Shown: in pieces, positions 4,049 to 5,649 of the stretch | How positions within the stretch are numbered: position 1 is the stretch's first letter | Layout of the letters: every line of letters starts with the position of its first letter | Virus record (IMG/VR): IMGVR_UViG_3300022758_000056 | Span: 1-5,649 of that record | DNA length: 5,649 nucleotides | Strand: one strand, 5' to 3' | Source of the DNA: a virus | Position numbers and translations under genes: made by a program | Notes under the pieces: model-generated | The model's database searches: none | What the model was told of the DNA's origin: nothing | The model's input: only the letters and a program-made list of their open reading frames with translations

Positions 4049-4624
4049 ATGTTCGAACAAATGGGCTATAACACCATGGCGGCAATCACTCAGGGTGTAT
4101 ATAACCAGATAAGCAACAACGCGGCGATGGCCTACAACAGCGCAGAAGCAGCCAAAAACAGAGCTTGGCAAGAGCAAATGAGCAACACAGCTTATCAGCG
4201 AGCCGTGGAAGATATGCGAAAAGCAGGCATCAACCCTATCTTAGCGTACCAACAGGGCGGAGCAAGCACGCCAGGAGGTGCACAGGGTACGATCAGTGGA
4301 GCAAGTATGGGTCTCGCAAGCAGCAGTGCAGCGACAGCAAGCGCTCTCGGAGTAAGCCAGAACCACAACAACACATGGAGCAAAAGCGAAAGCAACTGGT
4401 ACAACGCAGCGCAAGCAGTTGGAGACGCAACAAGCTGGTCACACACAAGCGCAGACAAAGCGTTTAATGCATTCAAGGACATCTTCAACGACCTCAGCAA
4501 CCTAAACAGTGGCGTCGGCGGAGGTGCAGGGAGAAAGCCAACCAAAGATGAGCTTGAATACAAGCCGGGAAGAGACTTCATAGGAAGCAAAAACATCGAA
4601 TATTGGAAAGGAAAACTTAAATAA
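4049..4624 (+). CDS. Minor capsid/pilot protein VP2, C-terminal segment (+1 frame relative to 3784..4038)
   Basis: Carries the VP2 signature AEAAKNRAWQEQMSNTAYQRAVEDMRKAGINPILAYQQGG. No SD precedes ATG 4049 or the next in-frame ATGs. This frame is open from 3959. Confidence 0.85.
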   Translation: MFEQMGYNTMAAITQGVYNQISNNAAMAYNSAEAAKNRAWQEQMSNTAYQRAVEDMRKAGINPILAYQQGGASTPGGAQGTISGASMGLASSSAATASALGVSQNHNNTWSKSESNWYNAAQAVGDATSWSHTSADKAFNAFKDIFNDLSNLNSGVGGGAGRKPTKDELEYKPGRDFIGSKNIEYWKGKLK

Positions 4625-4668
4625 ATAAATGGGATGCAATAAACCGTTAATCCGGTTTTATGTACCTC

Positions 4669-4698
4669 ATGACAGAGAGGCGAGCGGGCGTGTATACT
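4669..4698 (+). promoter_or_regulatory. Candidate sigma70-type promoter for rep
   Basis: ATGACA (4669-4674), 18-nt spacer, TATACT (4693-4698), about 35 nt upstream of the rep ATG. The spacing matches the promoter at 587-616. Confidence 0.4.
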
Positions 4699-4710
4699 CG
4701 CTCGCTTCTT
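4675..4710 (+). other. Stable hairpin overlapping the candidate rep promoter
   Basis: The core is GCGAGCG (4680-4686) with CGCTCGC (4699-4705). It extends to 12 bp with two G:T pairs (4675-4686 with 4699-4710). The 12-nt loop contains the putative -10. Confidence 0.6.
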
Positions 4711-4732
4711 TAATGCGACACATAAGACCAGT

Positions 4733-5647
4733 ATGAAATATGAAGATTTGATGTATCGTAAAGATGTGATGATGATTCCATGCGGACAATGCACAGGATG
4801 CAAACTACGCAAGCGCAAAGACTGGGCCACGCGGATGGAGCTGGAAGCATACAGCCACAAAAAGGAAAGCATCTGGTTTATCACACTGACCTATGATGAC
4901 AACCATGTGCCAACGCAGGACACAGAAACAGGGGAAATCTTCAAAGGAGGCGTGAACGTATGGAAAGACACCTCAGAGCGTCCTAGAACGGTGCAAACTT
5001 TAAACGTGGAGGATATCCAACTATTTATGAAGAGGCTAAGGAAGGCCGTCAGCGAGCCTCTCAGATACTTCCTAGCCGGAGAGTATGGAGACAACACCTC
5101 AAGACCACACTATCACATGATACTATACGGGTGGTATCCAGACGACTTAAAGCCAATTCACAGGCTGTCAAGGTTTGGACACTACACGAGCGATAAGCTG
5201 GTCAAAGTCTGGGGACAAGGGACAGTTGACATAGCTCAAGCAACGCCAGAGACGTATAACTACGTAGCTGGATATGTGACCAAGAAGCTGTACGGAAACG
5301 ACAAAGACAAGTACAGGAAAATGGGACTCATACCGCCATTCTGCGTAATGAGCCGAAAGCCAGGACTCGGAGACGAATGGTTTCAAAAGAATCAAGAAAG
5401 ACTATGGCAACTTGGATACATCCAGCTGACAAACGGAAAGAGAGCAGCCATTCCAGAATATTATTGGCGAAAGCTGGAAGCTGAAAATCCTGAAAAGGCG
5501 TGGAGAATCAAGCAGTATCGACAAAAAAATGCCATTGCATCCCTAATCGAAAGAAACATGGAAACTGACAAACAGTATGCCGAACAACTGGCCGATAAAG
5601 AAGCAGTCATGAAGAAGAAGATGTCCAAAGCAAAGGGCGTTTTTTAG
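4733..5647 (+). CDS. Replication initiation protein VP4 (HUH rolling-circle endonuclease)
   Basis: N-terminal PCGQCTGCKLRKRKDW. Motif I is FITLTY (4877-4894). Motif II is HYH within RPHYHMILYG (5108-5116). Motif III is YVAGYVTKK (5261-5287). 304 aa, with stop TAG 5645-5647. Confidence 0.93.
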   Translation: MKYEDLMYRKDVMMIPCGQCTGCKLRKRKDWATRMELEAYSHKKESIWFITLTYDDNHVPTQDTETGEIFKGGVNVWKDTSERPRTVQTLNVEDIQLFMKRLRKAVSEPLRYFLAGEYGDNTSRPHYHMILYGWYPDDLKPIHRLSRFGHYTSDKLVKVWGQGTVDIAQATPETYNYVAGYVTKKLYGNDKDKYRKMGLIPPFCVMSRKPGLGDEWFQKNQERLWQLGYIQLTNGKRAAIPEYYWRKLEAENPEKAWRIKQYRQKNAIASLIERNMETDKQYAEQLADKEAVMKKKMSKAKGVF

Positions 5648-5649
5648 CT
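5523..5649 (+). repeat. Terminal direct repeat, copy B (identical to 1..127)
   Basis: See copy A. Confidence 0.97.

Noticed and set aside
4195-4884. Long (229 aa) minus-strand ORF antisense to VP2 and the start of rep
   Set aside because: It lies antisense to a confidently identified gene. The predicted protein is low-complexity (S/L/A/P-rich) with no recognisable motif or SD. Microvirus genomes are transcribed from one strand. Long antisense ORFs are expected opposite A/G/C-rich codon runs.

Overview
The window is one complete, circularly closed genome of a small ssDNA phage of the family Microviridae, with gokushovirus-like gene content. Nt 1-127 are identical to nt 5523-5649, so the unit genome is 5522 nt and the window starts inside the rep gene. 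All convincing genes lie on the + strand. In order they are: rep 3' end, a terminator, a ~0.56 kb ORF-poor region, a sigma70-type promoter, small ORFs, a 39-aa basic J/ORF8-like DNA-binding protein, a VP5-like small protein, the VP3 internal scaffold, the VP1 major capsid, the VP2 minor capsid/pilot protein, and the VP4 HUH rolling-circle Rep. Family calls rest on remembered motifs, since no database search was possible. Three things deserve a second look. (1) The ORF-poor region is long for a microvirus and highly structured. It holds an alternating purine-pyrimidine tract, a 29-nt pure A/T tract, three composite repeats that each pair a DnaA-box-like 9-mer (one a perfect TTATCCACA) with TGTTGAA iterons, and a GC-rich nested hairpin. 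(2) VP1 is split into two frames and needs a -1 correction. (3) VP2 is split and needs a +1 correction. Both breaks sit at or near short A-runs followed by G. Strong AGGAGG-type Shine-Dalgarno sites and TTGACA/TATAAY promoters suggest a host with canonical sigma70/SD signals rather than a Bacteroidota-type host.
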